Assembly: GCA_964016885.1 (NCBI GenBank)
Contig: OZ024766.1
Span: forward strand, 310,001 to 374,000
Source: Eledone cirrhosa
Taxonomy: Eukaryota
DNA: 64,000 bases
Reading direction: 5' to 3'
Shown: positions 61,517 through 64,000 of the stretch, piece after piece
How positions within the stretch are numbered: the stretch's first letter is position 1
Layout of the letters: every line of letters begins with the position of its first letter
Position numbers and translations under genes: made by a program
The notes under the pieces: generated by a model
The model's input: only the letters and a program-made list of their open reading frames with translations
Database searches by the model: none
What the model was told of the DNA's origin: nothing

Positions 61517-62825
61517 CAGAGATTTAGATGGATGTTAGATGTATTAAAGCTACTTACAACATGATATCATTACATATGGTGTTAATAACAGAGATTTAGG
61601 TGGGTGTTAGATGTATTAAAGCTACTTACAACATGATATCATTACATATGGTGTTAATAACAGAGATTTAGGTGGGTGTTAGATGTATTAAAGCTACTTA
61701 CAACATGATATCATTACATATGGTGTTAATAACAGAGATTTAGATGGGTGTTAGATGTATTAAAACTACTTACAAGATGATATCATTACATATGGTGTTA
61801 ATAACAGAGATTTAGATGGGTGTTAGATGTATTAAAACTACTTACAAGATGATATCATTACATATGGTGTTAATAACAGAGATTTAGATGGGTGTTAGAT
61901 GTATTAAAACTACTTACAAGATGATATCATTACATATGGTGTTAATAACAGAGATTTAGGTGGGTGTTAGATGTATTAAAGCTACTTACAAGATGATATC
62001 ATTACATATGGTGTTAATAACAGAGATTTAGATGGGTGTTAGATGTATTAAAACTACTTACAAGATGATATCATTACATATGGTGTTAATAACAGAGATT
62101 TAGATGGGTGTTAGATGTATTAAAACTACTTACAAGATGATATCATTACATATGGTGTTAATAACAGAGATTTAGATGGGTGTTAGATGTATTAAAACTA
62201 CTAACAAGGTGATATAATTCCATATGGTGTTAATAACAGAGATTTAGTTGGGTGTTAGATGTATTAAAACTACTTACAAGATGATATCATTACATGTGGT
62301 GTTAATAACAGAGATTTAGATGGGTGTTAAATGTATTAAAGTTACTTACAAGATGATATCATTACATGTGGTGTTAATAACAGAGATTTAGTTGGGTGTT
62401 AGATGTATTAAAACTACTTACAAGATGATATCATTACATATGGTGTTAATAACAGAGATTTAGATGGGTGTTAGATGTATTAAAACTACTTACAAGGTGA
62501 TATAATTCCATATGGTGTTAATAACAGAGATTTAGTTGGGTGTTAGATGTATTAAAACTACTTACAAGATGATATAATTACATATGGTGTTAATAACAGA
62601 GATTTAGATGGGTGTTAGATGTATTAAAACTACTTACAAGGTGATATAATTCCATATGGTGTTAATAACAGAGATTTAGTTGGGTGTTAGATGTATTAAA
62701 ACTACTTACAAGATGATATCATTACATATGGTGTTAATAACAGAGATTTAGTTGGGTGTTAGATGTATTAAAACTACTAACAAGATGATATTACATATGG
62801 TGTTAATAACAGAGATTTAGATGGG
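61517..62825. repeat. 72-bp minisatellite, about 18 copies
   Basis: 'gatttagatgggtgttagatgtattaaaactacttacaagatgatatcattacatatggtgttaataacaga' at 61521, 61593, 61665 and onward. Confidence 0.97.
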
Positions 62826-63147
62826 AAAATAACAAAATGTCCAAATCACACATTGACAAATTCCTTAATTATAACTTTATTATTAACAACACAGGCTATG
62901 ACACTTAGGACATAAATAGAATGTATATAATAAATTGTGAAATACTTAATGATTTACAAAATAATGAAAATTATTGTGTACAGTGTTCAGGTGTACTACA
63001 ATTCATCAAATGTGCATGTGTAATACATAGAATAATGTACAAAAGTCAGGAAAGTGAACAGTGTATGAGTGATGATATACACACAGATACACGTGTATAT
63101 GTATGGAGGAGGAATATCAGGTGTAGTGTTGGTCAATTTCAGTAAGT

Positions 63148-63318
63148 ATGGAGGTTTTAAAGGATGCAGTGTCTCGACAGCCAACAACTGATGCTGGTAG
63201 TTTGTTCCATGGAGGTTTTAAAGGATGCAGTGTCTCGACAGCCAACAACTGATGCTGGTAGTTTGTTCCATGGAGGTTTTAAAGGAAGCAGTGTCTCGAC
63301 AGCCAACAACTGATGCAA
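63148..63318 (-). mobile_element. About 2.8 copies of the CR1-derived 61-bp unit, abutting a zinc finger
   Basis: Units at 63148, 63209 and 63270, the same as those at 55681 onward. Confidence 0.85.
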
Positions 63319-64000
63319 GTCATAAAAGACTTCCCACATATTTCACAATGATAGGGTTTCTCTCCTGTGTGTGTTTGTCTATGTCTATTTAAGTCAGAGC
63401 TGCAGACAAAAGATTTGCCACATATTTCGCAGTGAAAATGTTTCTCTCCAGTGTGTCTTTGTTTATATCTCTTTATGTCAGTGTTGTAGGCAAAAGATTT
63501 CCCACATATTTCACAGTGATAGGGTTTTTCTCCAGTGTGTGTTCTTTTATGAACAGTTAAGCTACTGTTTGTCACAAAAGATTTCCCACATATTTTAGTG
63601 ATAGGGTTTTTCTCCAGTGTGTATAACCATGTGCTTAACCAGATTGCCCTTCTCGGTAAATGAATTCCCACATATTTCACAATGGAATGATTTTTTTTTC
63701 CCTGTGTGAGTAAGTATATGATTACTAAGGTTCGAACTCACAGTAAAAGACTTCCCACATATTTCACAATGAAAGGGTTTCTCACCAGTGTGTGTTCTTT
63801 TGTGTACAGTTAAATTACTGTTTTGAACAAAACATTTCCCACATATTTCACAATGATAGGGTTTTTCTCCAGTGTGTCTTCTTTTGTGTGCATTCAAAAT
63901 ACCGCTTGTGGAAAAAGATTTCCCACATATTTCACAGTGAAAGGGTTTTTCTCCAGTGTGTGTTCTTTTGTGATTAGTTAGCATACCATTTTGAACAAAA
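63319..64000 (-). pseudogene. 3' part of a C2H2 zinc-finger gene (ZF6, CEICGK type) running off the window; frameshift and stop at 63595
   Basis: Fingers in 63595-63984. A 2-bp loss ('ttttagtg' for 'tttcacagtg') creates TAA, with further fingers in another frame. The upstream part may still encode a functional shortened protein. Confidence 0.7.

Overview
AT-rich eukaryotic DNA. The tandem C2H2 zinc-finger cluster, CORE-type and Meta-type SINEs, RTE LINEs and long TA/TG microsatellites suggest a coleoid cephalopod such as Octopus, but the taxon is inferred, not proven. Six poly-C2H2 zinc-finger loci lie on the minus strand, each as a single long coding segment. Two subfamilies are present: a 'CEICGK' type at 2.2-3.4, 57.4-58.7 and 63.3-64 kb, and a 'CDICGK' type at 7.7-8.9, 41.8-42.9 and 51.3-52.1 kb. 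They sit in segmental duplicons with shared upstream blocks and decayed 3' fingers. The dominant feature is a 27.5-kb satellite array (about 11.79-39.26 kb) built from 9/21/30/41-bp modules. It has layered divergence, a 14.6-kb homogenised core of (41-mer)n runs punctuated by a 111-bp cassette, and an orientation flip at 31,323. Its outer ends mirror each other, giving a giant foldback-like structure. It occupies a site where the neighbouring duplicon has only about 540 bp. The rest holds RTE, CR1, Penelope-like, Gypsy, piggyBac-MITE and SINE relics, several of which have seeded minisatellites or hairpins. All alignments and counts were made by eye; no database searches were run.
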